From Porphyridium purpureum (taxonomy: Eukaryota), in NCBI GenBank assembly GCA_008690995.1, contig VRMN01000028.1, positions 1-59,159 on the forward strand: 59,159 bases of DNA, given 5' to 3'. Shown one piece after another: positions 43,201 through 53,772 of the stretch. The translations under genes were made by a program, and so were the position numbers. Position 1 is the first letter of the stretch. The number at the start of each line of letters is the position of its first letter. The notes beneath the pieces were generated by a model. It did no database searches, had not been told where the DNA came from, and saw only the letters and a program-made list of their open reading frames with translations.

Positions 43201-44093
43201 CGAATATCCCACATAATGTCATGCTGCAGCGCGCAGAGGTGTTCGAAATCGGATCTTCTTCTTCGTACTGGTTTGATAAGCTTGCAAGGAACAAGGATTC
43301 GAATGCAATTGCATACACACACGAACAAGTATCCGATGAAGCATACACACATACACGAGAATCGGATGCCGCTCGAGCGTGGTACCGGCACCGCTCGTCT
43401 TCTGTGAACTGTTCATCGATCCTTTTCGGAATCTGGCAGAACGCGTGCACTACTCTGAGGTACAGCAGCGAATCCGGATTCGAGGCTGCCCCTTCATGGC
43501 GACCAACATCGTGGAACCCTTCTATATCATTCGAATCCGCTGATGACGAAGAAACGAACATGCTCTGGTTGCACACGGATACGGCTTTGAAGACGTATGC
43601 ATCCGAGAAACTCCAAACGGCTGTGAATGATGGTACTGCAACCTTCCAAGCTTTCAGACAAGTTCAACTGAAAAAGCCTCGCGACGAAGCCGAATGCATT
43701 GTTGCACATCCGAATCACTATCGTTCTCCGAGATGGGACATTCTCGAATACGCACTACAAACTGGTCACCCTGAACGCCACGGATATGGAAAATGCATCC
43801 TAATTGTCCGGATCAAATTACAGGGACCTTACGACGAATCCTTTGACGTGGTGGTGATACAAGATTTAGAGGCGCACGATGGAGAAATCGAAAAGTCAGA
43901 GTGCAAATGCAAATGCAAGCGCCTAGATCCGGTGTTTCATCATTACCGACTCAGTAATAATTCGGTAAAAGTATTGGACACAGAAACGATAACCGGGCGA
44001 GTGACAGCATTCAAGGATATCCGCATGAAGGACAGCCGATGGTACTACCTTTTAAACCCAAGCACATTCGAAGGCGTACTAGAATACAATTAA
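40227..44093 (+). CDS. Plavaka-like transposase, intact, 1288 aa
   Basis: ILPIQIFADESHMT, LSMDMP, PCHQC, IDGLHGF, WNAPKIHALSHF..GPIKFWDTTDGEK match the Plavaka pattern as I recall it (D..DxP..CxxC..DxLH..PKxH..H..G....T..E); N-terminal C-x4-C..H-x3-C. Confidence 0.82.
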   Translation: MDRQQGLESNAWHRRRNKRIRCDGTRCDFTVPEDEGLTYSTRLHMMQSHKRKCKLRMHPNRLPYTQAYLFDADDGSLQREDSPDDTGSANTETRTGRGSELPDIRMDDEDPEMQFHSDRDIDSGCESLHANLTQDAEMYLRPMEPVRGGEEGEEQVEYILGPYAKHFNALLNQKTLRERLQDRDDEMSKFVRSLTGAGEMEDVDLDEAIEMIRFKNDQEVFIQKHGISVRHATDLKSIEAKLLRIAIRMTLRQVSQLTKHSFTMLKRYPLNHEASRIDAVYAALQSKLNIASSHVLKRATKLLFTFRSSKRMSSLLGNPSIKPVETYVEYGRGIRLRRNTLRRNVKQTIRFREPMDIVMRSAAAIIDEYGLEPFVIDLFKTRDREIVMHPQDGNLCISAARRIEFEVNRKHGPDPPQVVILPIQIFADESHMTQNGRHTVTPLKIRIVHRRLFDTHSSRIPQVVAYLPPVDTRSIARAFGEETSIRIDPKLAKRELESSMYHAIMNKAFHHLMIANKFGVPVLWNHRRLLLFPIAYKLSMDMPMISKCSFTKASFVSGSRARTMPCHQCMVIAPEATTRAVEAGPNSDASKAEEFWITRIPLQYRCEKQVEPFITQNLSAWGTLQRKEQSLHFLGDSAAIGWNRFDDDDDVAFNATISAFKHKIHLRNRGRFQLTGIDGLHGFLAFWLRGITIAGLKALLSKPNTVHEVGLVAERLTEAQQRATRHLNEVEHSDFPRMWASLDFDEQRHGSASEDTSGDDSESHDEYSSDDDIVRANERNSSQTNTRQRPKAKAKTNDSHINPRRAESNRKGSVSDQLRGIIDSAAGKAWNQIATEITDEARFRRPATYSPIRLSSFLSDLPKFAEQSYSLGFLLQMIVLVHQEHLLSDRTRESFTELATRCIRLYGVLYKEKLRRPWLELIPRLTSDLQSRLDSYKRQINLRWNAPKIHALSHFGDNLTDLGPIKFWDTTDGEKSFQIDKAWFKSLVSADTNIPHNVMLQRAEVFEIGSSSSYWFDKLARNKDSNAIAYTHEQVSDEAYTHTRESDAARAWYRHRSSSVNCSSILFGIWQNACTTLRYSSESGFEAAPSWRPTSWNPSISFESADDEETNMLWLHTDTALKTYASEKLQTAVNDGTATFQAFRQVQLKKPRDEAECIVAHPNHYRSPRWDILEYALQTGHPERHGYGKCILIVRIKLQGPYDESFDVVVIQDLEAHDGEIEKSECKCKCKRLDPVFHHYRLSNNSVKVLDTETITGRVTAFKDIRMKDSRWYYLLNPSTFEGVLEYN

Positions 44094-44184
44094 AAGACAA
44101 AGTCCGATGAAGTCTCATCTTCTCATGATTGAAATTATTCGCTACCACCCATCTCGCAAACTTTAAAGTTGCAGACAGTATCGA

Positions 44185-44426
44185 GCAGTTTTTCGGGCAG
44201 TTTTTCGGGCACTTGATTTTGCAGCCTTTCTTTATTGCCTAGTAAATCGCTGTACGCACGGAAAGTCTACTGTACCTACAGTTTTTCGATCAGTTTTTCG
44301 ATCAGTTTTTCGACACTTCAGTATGACAGTTTTTCGAACGCTGCGAGAGAGGTACAGCAAATAGCTGTACTTTACATGCTTACATCAATTTCAGTTTTTC
44401 GTTTAGTTTTTCGGTCAGTTTTTCGC
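44185..44426. repeat. Right subterminal repeat array (CAGTTTTTCG core)
   Basis: About 9 units in clusters at 44185-44210, 44279-44337 and 44392-44425. Confidence 0.88.
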
Positions 44427-44446
44427 TCCATTTGTGTCACGGACTG

Positions 44447-47400
44447 TCCACTTCTAATGTGCAGGCTACATTCGAGGTGGGGAGTATGGAAATCCAATCT
44501 GACAACGACAGGTCCGACGTGCCATACACTGATGGTACATCTCAAGGAGCGCGCGTTGCTATGAGCAAAAGCGAGGAAACCTTCATGAGACGCTACAGTG
44601 CATTCACCAAGGCATATCAGAGTGTAGATTCAAAGTTCTACGGTACCGACGAGGAAAATTTCGCCGCATGGCGAATGCAACTCGTAAATCATTTAGCTCT
44701 ACACAATCTGGATGATCAGTACACTGCACAGGTGATCCAAGCCTGTCTCGCAGGCGATGCTCTGACGTTTTATCTTGGGACGTATGTTGACGAAGATTTG
44801 ACAAAGTTCACCATAGCAGATGTTCTGGTGGGCTTAAGGGACCACTTTTACACCATCGAGAAGCTTGAACGCCTGCAGGAGCAGTGGGAAAAGGCAAACT
44901 TCGCGGAATTCCAGGCTAACAATTCCAATATCTCTGAAGTGGAAAATTGTAAGTCTTTGACCCAAAGACTCAAAAGAATCCAGCCAAATTTGAAAAAACC
45001 ATACAGATCCCATGAAATGCTACGTGACAAGTATAAGCAAATCATGTTCAGACATCCCGTATACGAGCGCCTCGTCATGACCCCGCTGCCAACATCGGCT
45101 GACGCACTATGCAGCAAAATTGAAGCCTTGCTTCTGCATATGCAACCCAGTACAGTCTCGCCCAAGCCGCAGCTTGCTTTCACTGCGCAGCAGACGTCAA
45201 GGGCACCTATGGCTCAGCCGAATCACTCGGTGACTCTGTATCAAGAGCGATACAGGCGTTCGCGTGCAAAACCGCAGGCTAATCGGGCAAGATCTACTCC
45301 TCGACCGATTAGCATCGCATCCGCCAGCAATCCTCGTACGGCAAACGGCACACAGCTTCTTTGCGACATTTGCCAATCCGAAAAACATTTTCGGCGGTTC
45401 TGCCCCGACAAGGAAGCCAAAAGGAAATTTTATACTGCAAATTCAAACTACATGGTGGCAGATTTTCTAGGCTCCGACTCTTCTTCGGGTGCAGACGCAA
45501 GCGACAGCACCGACGATGTCACTCACACAGACCTCGTTTGGCTTTCGCCAAGTCTTGTTCTTTTTCAACATGACACCGCTTTTGTTATTGTCGACAGCGG
45601 CGCTAGCGGTGGAAACTTAGTGGGTGAACGATTCTGTCAAGCCCGACAAACCGTCCAAGTTACAGCCCCGCCAAGACGCGTAAAAATGGGCACAAGTGTC
45701 TTCGACACTCGCGGTCAAGCCAAAATTGTCATGCTAGACATAGGTGGAGCAAAGCTCGAATTCTTTGCTGATGTCATACAACTTGACATCCCACCACTTC
45801 TTGGATGGCGCGAGCAAAAGGCGCGACACATGACAGTGGACGCGGGCGCCGGCATATTAACGGCCCTTGCCGACAGCGAACAGCTCAAATTTAGGGTCCA
45901 CACAATTGCTGGTCTCCCTTGCATTTTACTTCCAAATCCAGAAAATCCAGATTCGGTCAAAGAGCAACGTGATGATATAGTCCTGTTCACTGCTACAGAA
46001 TTGCGCAGATTACACGTGCACTTTGGGCACGCACATCTCGACAAAATCCGCGATCTGTTGCAGCGCAGTGGTCAACGTCTGACTTCTGCCGAAATTCGCT
46101 GGTATGCAGATATCGTACAGAAGTGCAAAGCTTGCCAATTCTACGCGGATGTACCACGGCGCCCCATTGTGGCCATGCCAGTCAACCCTTTCTTCAACCG
46201 CGATATCGCCATAGACACTGTATACTTCGACGGCCTCGCTGTGCTACACATTGTGTGCAAAGGAACCAAATATGCCAGGAATCCTATTTTACGACGCACG
46301 GATGCGGTAACCGTCATCAGTACGTTCTATACTTCTTGGATCACCATCTTCGGCATTCCGGCCACATTATCCATGGACCGCGGTACTGAGTTTCTGAATG
46401 CAGCTTTACTCGAATTCTGTGATGGACTCGGCATTGTGATGCGTCCAGCCGCGACTGCAGCAGCCTGGTCGATAGGTATCGTGGAACGACACCATAAGCC
46501 CCTGAAAACTGTGTAATTCCGCTTGAAAACAACATTCCCAGACCGCGATTGCGAATTATTGCTCGCACAAGCAGAATTTGCACTGAATGCCACGCTTGGC
46601 AACCGTGACACATGTCCATTTTTACTGGTCTTCGGTCAATTACCCGTGTTCACGCTTGGCACAGTCCAGGACCAACACAAAATGACTACAGACCGCCATA
46701 TGGCTATGGAAGTCGCGCGTAGAACGACCGAAGGTATCATTGCTACCAGGCGCATTCGCGAGGCAACGCACATAAGCGTTTCAAAAAGCGCACCAGCTTT
46801 GCTGAGCCGTGGAGACCGGGTGCTGTTCTGGCGCCCAAGTGAGAGAGCTTGGGTCGGACCCGCGACCGTGGTCCATGTACACGGAGATGCGAAAACGGTA
46901 AAAGTTGAATACAAAACGCGGAACTACCACCCAGCTCTCCACCAAGTCAAATTGTTCGTCGCGGATCAAGTGCTATGGGCCGACGAGACTGAGACTTTCT
47001 CCAAGATTCTGCAAGTATCAGAACATTCACTCAGAAGAAAATGTGACTTTACGATATCGCGCGCCAAAGAAATCGATGGATGGCATGCAAAGGGCGTAGT
47101 GGAAGCCGTTCGCACGACAGAGCGCGCGAATCTAGACACGCGGTGGGTGGACTCCATCAAACTTTCAGATGGAAAAGAGTTCCCGAAATCACGTCTCGCC
47201 TTGCGAGAGTTTGCAAAATCGCAACCACATGGTTCCATGCTTCGAGACTCACCTACGACATCACGATGGACTGTGCGCGTTCTGCTCTCAGTAGCACTTA
47301 ATCAATCATGGTCCATATCATCCTCGGACGTCGAACAAGCCTTTCTTCAGAGCCAGCCTCTGAAACGTCGCGTTTTGGTGCAACCTCCAAAAGAAGCTGG

Positions 47401-48484
47401 TCTACCATCTGGTGTCCTCTGGCTTCTGAAGAAAGCCGCCTACGGTCTGGTGGATGCTGCGTACATCTGGTACGAGTCTCTCCGCGACGTGCTCGTCAAC
47501 AAAATGCAAATGAAAGAGTCCATGGTAGACCCGTGCTTGTTTGTTGCGAACGAGGGTGCATGCACAACCCAAGTCGACGATATCTTAACCGTGGGCACGC
47601 CCCAATTTCTCGAAGCTCAAAAAGAAATTCGCAAGTATCTACAGCTCCATCGAGAAAAACGTGACAAGTTCATTTTCAACGGAGCCCAGCTCACAGTCAA
47701 GGAGAACTGTGTCAGTATTGATTTACGAGCGTATATCGAGAAATCTCGCATTGTGGCAGTGAGAATCACCACTTATAGTGACTTCCAGCGCTTCCGCGGC
47801 CAACTGCTATGGCTTGCTGCCAATTCGAGACCAGACTTAGCGTATCCTGCTGCACAACTCTCGCAAATCTCACAAGACATGTTCGACCATAAGGTGTACA
47901 AAGAGTTAGTAGACCAAGCGCGGGGTGCAGTCTGCACAATGCCATATTTGCACTTCAACCGCCTTCACGGCACCGTGGCAATTCAAGTATTTGCGGACGC
48001 CAGTTTCGCAAACAATGTTGACTTGAGCAGCCAGCTCGGCTTTATCATCTGTCTCGCGGACAGCCAAGGCCATTATAATATTGTGCACTGGCGCTCGGGA
48101 AAATCCCGCCGTGTTGTCAAATCGACTCTCGCAGCCGAGACGCTCGCAGTCATCGACGCATTCGACCACGCCGGTGCAGTGAAGCATATGCTCCAGGAAC
48201 TAGGAATTCCCAGCCCGGAAGTTATTCTTTACACGGACAATCGATCCGTATTTGACGCCATGTCCAAGCGCACGGCCTGCACCGAGAAAGCCGTACAGAT
48301 ATCTGTCGCCATCCTGCGACAAGCATTGCAAGAAGCAGCGCTCACCAAAATCGGACTTCTGTTGTCTGCTGACAATCCAGCCGATGCATTGACCAAAGCG
48401 CGCGGCAACTCTGAGCTAGACTCGCTCCTGCGTGCTGAAGTCTATCACCCTAAGGTTGTGGAATGGTTTGAAGTGAAAAAGTAA
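44447..48484 (+). pseudogene. Remainder of copia 2 gag-pol, with an in-frame TAA at 46514-46516
   Basis: CDICQSEKHFRRFC, VDSGAS, HVHFGH..CKAC, MDRG, VERHH, AAYGL, QVDDIL, FADASFA, KSRRVVKSTLAAE, ADALTK. Confidence 0.92.
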
Positions 48485-48915
48485 AGTACACTGCACTTTA
48501 TGGGTGTTCACTTACACACCAATATAGATTCTGACGGAAATTGAACTGTTCCGTGGGTCTGAAGGAAGGTGAACAGGAAGCAACAGTTTTCGTCGATTAC
48601 GCTGTCTGTCGTCGTGTCCCACGCGGTGGTTACGTGTTACAAGCCAAATGCGCTTCGCCCACAAGCTTGTGCGGGCATGAAGGGCAACGCGTGAGGGTTT
48701 GATGTTTTATTCTTTTTCTTTGTTTGTTTGAGTCTGTTGAATTCAGCAATTTTCGAGTGCGTGTTTTTGTCCTGAGAAGGTTTTTCCGCCGTGCTGATTT
48801 GAATTTGTTTCTTCTGTTCTAAGAACTCCATTTCGTTGTCCAAGACTCACGTTGATGTAACAATTCCGTGTCGCCTCGGTTGATGCGCTCATGCCACAAA
48901 AGGAAAAGGGTTGTG

Positions 48916-49111
48916 TGTCGCTACCGAGGTATGTGGGTACAGTTGCCTGCGATATAAGATAGCGGCCGGTCTGGCAAACCTGTGGCGACAGTGGTGGAGA
49001 GAGAGAGAGTGGACAGAGAGTAGTAAAGAGGACTTATAGTTCCCGGCCCATGGTAGCGGGTGAGAGCCCCCCAAAGCTGACTACTCGTCCACACGGAAGA
49101 TAGCAACAACA
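48916..49111 (+). repeat. 3' LTR of copia 2
   Basis: Repeat of 30989..31184, followed by GTTTA. Confidence 0.93.
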
Positions 49112-49505
49112 GTTTACTAGCTTATCTTCTATCATTTTGGCAGAAAATAATTTGAAAGCGAAAATCATTTCTAGGTACTGTGATAGTAAAAATCATCTGT
49201 TTTCCTATGAAATTTACTTATCGCGTCGCTTCGTGTAAAGTTGAAAACTATTGTCTGTGGAAATGATAGAAGATAATTTACATATGCCAATCTCCTGTTT
49301 TATAAGTAAGACGTTACCATCACTCTTTTGGGTTGCGATTAAGCAAGTCAAGCAAGTGCCAAGCATTGAGAGAAAAAAGAGGCGAGTGGGCGAGCCTGTG
49401 TGAGGCGAAGTGCGCCCTTTGTTTTTGTGTTTGAAGCGAATCGCGGTGAGAGTAGACGAAGTGGTGCGAGTTGATTGCCGCAGAAGAGCGAACTGGGCGG
49501 CGCCA

Positions 49506-51670
49506 TGGACTTGAACGAAAGCGCGGCATTGATCAACGCGCTCGTTGAGCAAGAAGAAACCGTCGACAACGACTGGAGACAGGATGCTCAAGAGTATGCG
49601 AGAGCGAGGATAGGCGAAAGTTCGAGGAAAACTTATAAGACGTACTGGAAGCGCCTCTCTGACTTTTTAGTCCAGCATTATGCGAATACTGGCGCTATCA
49701 GCCTTACTGATGAACGAGGCTCTGCTGAGACGCACTTTGGTATCCAAGCCGGCGCATTGACGAAAGAAATGGTTACAAGATTCCTCGTGACTCTCAAGAA
49801 GAGCAAGTCAGGTGCTCCTATCGGCCCTGATGGCCTAGCATCCGCAAAGTCGGCTTTGCGAGCACTATTCGCCGATCAAAAAGTCGCAGTGCGTGTCTTC
49901 TTCAAGACAGAAATCAGCCAGCTGGCGCGCGGAATGAAGAAAAAGAGGTTGCAGGACAAACATAAGGGAAAAGAAAAGGATGACGACGGTAAAATGTACC
50001 TGGCGTACTCTTTGTATGTTTTCCTTTGCTCTTTCTTAATCTCTAACGTCTCCACCCCCGCGCGGGCCGCAGGTCAGAAGGGCAGAGCATCAGGCTCCAG
50101 TGATACAACAACTGCTCCGTTTACTCACTTGTTCTCCATTCTCTGTTGGAATCTGATGTGCCGAGGAGATAGTACGTAAGACGTTACATTCAGACACCTT
50201 CATTGGGCGGGCGATGCTCTTGGTGTCCATTTTACAACGGCCAAAAATGATACGGACGGAGAAGGCCTCGCACGGGAGACAAAACACGTTTATGCAAACC
50301 CGACCGAACCACGGATCTGCGCAATCCTTTCGCTGGCGATATACTGCGTGCGCGGGCTAACCGCAACCGGCGTCGAACTATTTCCTGGAAGTCATCAAGC
50401 CGAGCGCGTCCGTAGAGGCATGCAAGATGCATTTTCAAGCCCTTCTTGCTCTATCCTTCTTTCGACATTGGGCACAAAACCGAAGGAGTTTGGACTTCAC
50501 TCATTGCGAAAAGGTGCAGCAATGTACGCGACATGCGGTTCGGTTGGTGGGTCAAGCTTGATATCGATCCTGCGCAGAGGAGGCTGGTCAGTTGGGGACA
50601 CGCTCCCGAGGTACTTGGGGGCAGACAGCGCTGGTGACCAATTTGTGGGTCGTTGCCGCGCTGGCCTTCCGATAAACAAGGCTACCTTTGCCCTGCTTCC
50701 GCCGCACTTTAAGACTGAGTCTCTGTGTAACCAGTTGATTAGCACGAAGATCAACACTGCCATTCACATGGTTTTTTCGTTTGTCGACCTAGCTGAGTAC
50801 ACGAACATGCGTGAAATTCTGCTCATGCGTCTGGCCTCTTTAATATTTCATCGCGAGTGGCTACAAAGTACGCTACCAGCCAACCATCCTTTAAGGCAAA
50901 AGTTTGTCACGACTGCACCGGAGCTTACAGAGCTTGCAGACTACGTAGTCACATCGAGTGAAAGTGGCATGACGGCGACAGGTATCCCGCCTCAGACTGC
51001 GATCCTTAAGCAGCTTCAAGAGTTGCGTCCAGAAAACTTGTTGGACGGAGTGAAGCGCATTTTAGAGGAATGTGCCGTAAGCGGAGACCGCGCGTACCTG
51101 GAGCAGCGGCTCGTCGCGATGGAGCAAAGAATCTAGAGCTCGCTGGCCCGCCTTCTGAGCGGCCATCGTGTGAATAAAGATGAGCGTCGACATGATCGCC
51201 CGGTTAAAGCAGAGTCTCTTCTGCACTTCTGGAAAGGAAAGTACCGCCTTGTGCCCAAGAAATGGCCCGGCTTGCCCACTGTCTCGCCGGCAGCAGATTG
51301 GCAACTCTGGTGGGAAGGATATCAACACAAGTTCTCAGAAACAGAGTCCGTACGCATTCCTGCCTTCCGGCTGTTGAAAGCGTCTGACTTCGCGACCAGG
51401 TCCCGTCAATGCGCACTGAGTGAGTGGCGCAACCTGATGACGTATTACACGGATACGGTACGCGTCTTGGAGCCTGCGATGGATCACACACATCCAAGCC
51501 TAGCCGACATGCAAAATATGTGGAAGGCTCTTGAAAAGTATGGCATCGCGCCAAAGCTTGCTGAAAAGATAACGCAGCGCACAATTCGTGCGTCGAATCG
51601 CACAGTCCTAACCACTGCAAAAGTCATTCGAAAGCCGAGGCGTGCTGAAAATGTATCCACACTGCCTTAA
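49506..51670 (+). pseudogene. Crypton tyrosine recombinase with in-frame stops at 50177-50179 and 51134-51136
   Basis: Three ORFs in one frame; catalytic pattern CR..KND..HSLRKG..GGW..RY. Confidence 0.85.
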
Positions 51671-51794
51671 CAGGCTCGCACAGCGCCTGGTGCGTGAATC
51701 AAAGGAAAACATTTAGAATAAAGCTACGTTGCGCATTGATCACTTGACTCGAACTGCTTACGTTCCTCTGTGAGACAATTATGAATCCATCATC

Positions 51795-52025
51795 CCCCTC
51801 CCGCTCCCTCCCTCCTTCCCCCTCCGCCCTCCGCCCTCCGCCCCGCCTCCGCCCTCCGCCCCTCCGCCCTCCGCCCTCCGCCCTCCGCCTCCGCCCCTCC
51901 GCCTCCGCCCTCCGCCCTCCGCCCTCCGCCCCGCCTCCGCCCTCCGCCCTCCGCTCCCTCCGTCCTCCGCCCTTTCCCCTTTCTCCCCTTCCGCTCCCTC
52001 CCGCCCTCCTCCTGCCCCCTCCCTC
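51795..52025. repeat. C-rich degenerate microsatellite, about (CCCTCCG)n
   Basis: Visible tandem 6-7 bp units. Confidence 0.9.
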
Positions 52026-52364
52026 ATTCCCTTTCTTCGTACCTTGGACCACACACAAACCCGATATCGTTAAAACATGCCATTTTACTATATCTTTATC
52101 GTCTGTCATTTTGATATACAATAGTGATGGATAATTGTGTTGCAAACATCTTGGCCAGGACTGTCCCCTATCCGATTTGGTCGCACCTCAAGAAGGAGAA
52201 GAAGAAGAAGAAGTCGAAGGCAATGTTATAAGCTTTGGACATCACGGATGATCATTTTGTTGATATTTTTCTTGGTGAGAGGGAAGGGGGGAATGAAAAA
52301 GAGACAGTAGGTTCTGGAAAGGGTTGGGGTTGTGGTGTGGGTGTGGACGACGGAAGATTGAGCG

Positions 52365-53249
52365 ATGTGTCGTGTGTTTGTTGGTAGGGTGGCGGTGATG
52401 GCGATGGTATTGATGCTGGTGGTCGTCTTGGCGGCGCTGGTTGGTGCCGTGGCTGAAGGAGCCAGAATCCCTGCCAGCTCGGCCGCAGCGGCGGCGCCGC
52501 CGCGGCATGGCGTGGTGCGCTTGAACGCCACCCCCCGTCGCGCACAGACAGATGACAGCATGCTTGATATGTGCGACGGAATCATCGTGCGTAAGTCCAA
52601 GAAGACTGGCTCGTCGTCATTCGCTTCAATTTTGAAACGGTACATTACAAGGACGGGCGTCATCGCGTTAGATACCATATGGAAAAATCCCGGTCTTGGG
52701 TTGGGCAACCATCGCTGGGTGCTTCTCAATCATAACTCGTTGACACGCCAGCAGATGTGGATGGACGCGGGTAAGACAGTTTGCATCACGGATACGTTTC
52801 GCAGCGCGGCAAAGCAGGTCACTTCGCATTGTGTATTTTTTTACAATGTATCTGACTGCGGTGACGCTCTGATTCGCTGCATGAAGGACCCGAAAGTCAT
52901 CGAAGAGATTCTCAATTATAGGTACCCGCCCGCAGGCAGGCTCGATGCTTCCAACCGGATCGATTTTGTTTTCAACTTTGACTATCCCGAAATGAATCGC
53001 CGGGTCATCAAGCGCGTGCTCGGCGAGGAGCTGCACGTTGATGTGCATGGAAGACCCAGTCGATTTTCGTGCACGGAGTCCTTTCGGGTGCGCAGTGTGA
53101 TCGACAAGTATTACAGTGCGCTTGAGAAAGAGAACGAGGCCCTTGCGCATACGTTTGCTGGGCTCCTTGGTTACTCTTTCAATGATACGGGTGTACATTG
53201 GGAACATGTTTTATGGTCCATTGAGAGCCTGCTTGAAGGTGGTCGTTAG
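52365..53249 (+). CDS. Putative Golgi-type sulfotransferase-like protein with an N-terminal membrane anchor
   Basis: Hydrophobic N-terminus; VRKSKKTGSSSF resembles the 5'-PSB loop; FRSAAKQVTS resembles the 3'-PB motif. Confidence 0.6.
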   Translation: MCRVFVGRVAVMAMVLMLVVVLAALVGAVAEGARIPASSAAAAAPPRHGVVRLNATPRRAQTDDSMLDMCDGIIVRKSKKTGSSSFASILKRYITRTGVIALDTIWKNPGLGLGNHRWVLLNHNSLTRQQMWMDAGKTVCITDTFRSAAKQVTSHCVFFYNVSDCGDALIRCMKDPKVIEEILNYRYPPAGRLDASNRIDFVFNFDYPEMNRRVIKRVLGEELHVDVHGRPSRFSCTESFRVRSVIDKYYSALEKENEALAHTFAGLLGYSFNDTGVHWEHVLWSIESLLEGGR

Positions 53250-53772
53250 ATGGAAGCCGTCATGCTGGGCGTCATACGCATGCAAAGAAATGTGTGCGCG
53301 TAAAGCTTGGATCTCGCCCTGCTTGTGAAAGCACGTACATACTCATATTTTTTTTGATAATGCTCGGCGATCTTGGCCGTTTCTATGGTGCGCATGTGTG
53401 GCAGACACAGCGTCGTGCATCGAGTGGTACATCCCCACTACTCCTATTGCTGAGAAAAGCTCGGCGCTGGGTGATTAGCATTTATGATCAGAATGAATTT
53501 GGTTCCTTCAAGAGCTCGAAAGAGGAAAGACGAACTCAGCCTGCTTTTCACGTGTGGATGTGCGGACTCGCGTACCATGAGCATTCGTCATTTGTGACGG
53601 ATACAAAGTGCTCCTACTGTTTTTGTGCCGACCGCAGGATCGTTTTTGGCTTAGAAGCGCACACACACACACACGATCATGCTCGCAAAGTCCGCGAGCT
53701 CCAGAAATCCTTTCATTGACAAGACGTGAAGGCGCGAAAGCGTTCATTCTAAAGCCCGAGTGGCGCGAAGAA

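Larger units (their letters stand above)
31594..44446 (+). mobile_element. Complete 12,853-bp Plavaka-like DNA transposon with five ORFs (element 2)
   Basis: TIR CAGTCCGTG..CACGGACTG; TC on both flanks; subterminal 12-mer arrays; excision restores the copia gag frame. Confidence 0.9.
30989..49111 (+). mobile_element. Ty1/copia LTR retrotransposon 2 (GalEa-like; 5268 bp without the nested element)
   Basis: 196-bp LTRs with 1 mismatch seen; TSD GTTTA (30984-30988, 49112-49116); purine tract aaaaggaaaaggg before 48916. Confidence 0.93.
30954..52136 (+). mobile_element. Crypton-like tyrosine-recombinase transposon (~3.05 kb of its own sequence: 30954-30988 plus 49117-52136)
   Basis: Limits set by the interrupted Tc1 TIR; contains a recombinase gene and no RT; no TIR or TSD, only a GT overlap. 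Confidence 0.7.
29436..52163 (-). mobile_element. Tc1 copy B (~1543 bp of its own sequence: 29436-30953 plus 52139-52163), with one TIR split by a 21-kb insertion
   Basis: TA plus TIR at 29434; similarity to copy A stops at ...aatgcaggt (30953); the missing gttgcaaacatcttggccaggactg is at 52139-52163. Confidence 0.85.

Noticed and set aside
51699..52145. Gly/Arg-rich and Pro-rich ORFs
   Set aside because: Products of the microsatellite
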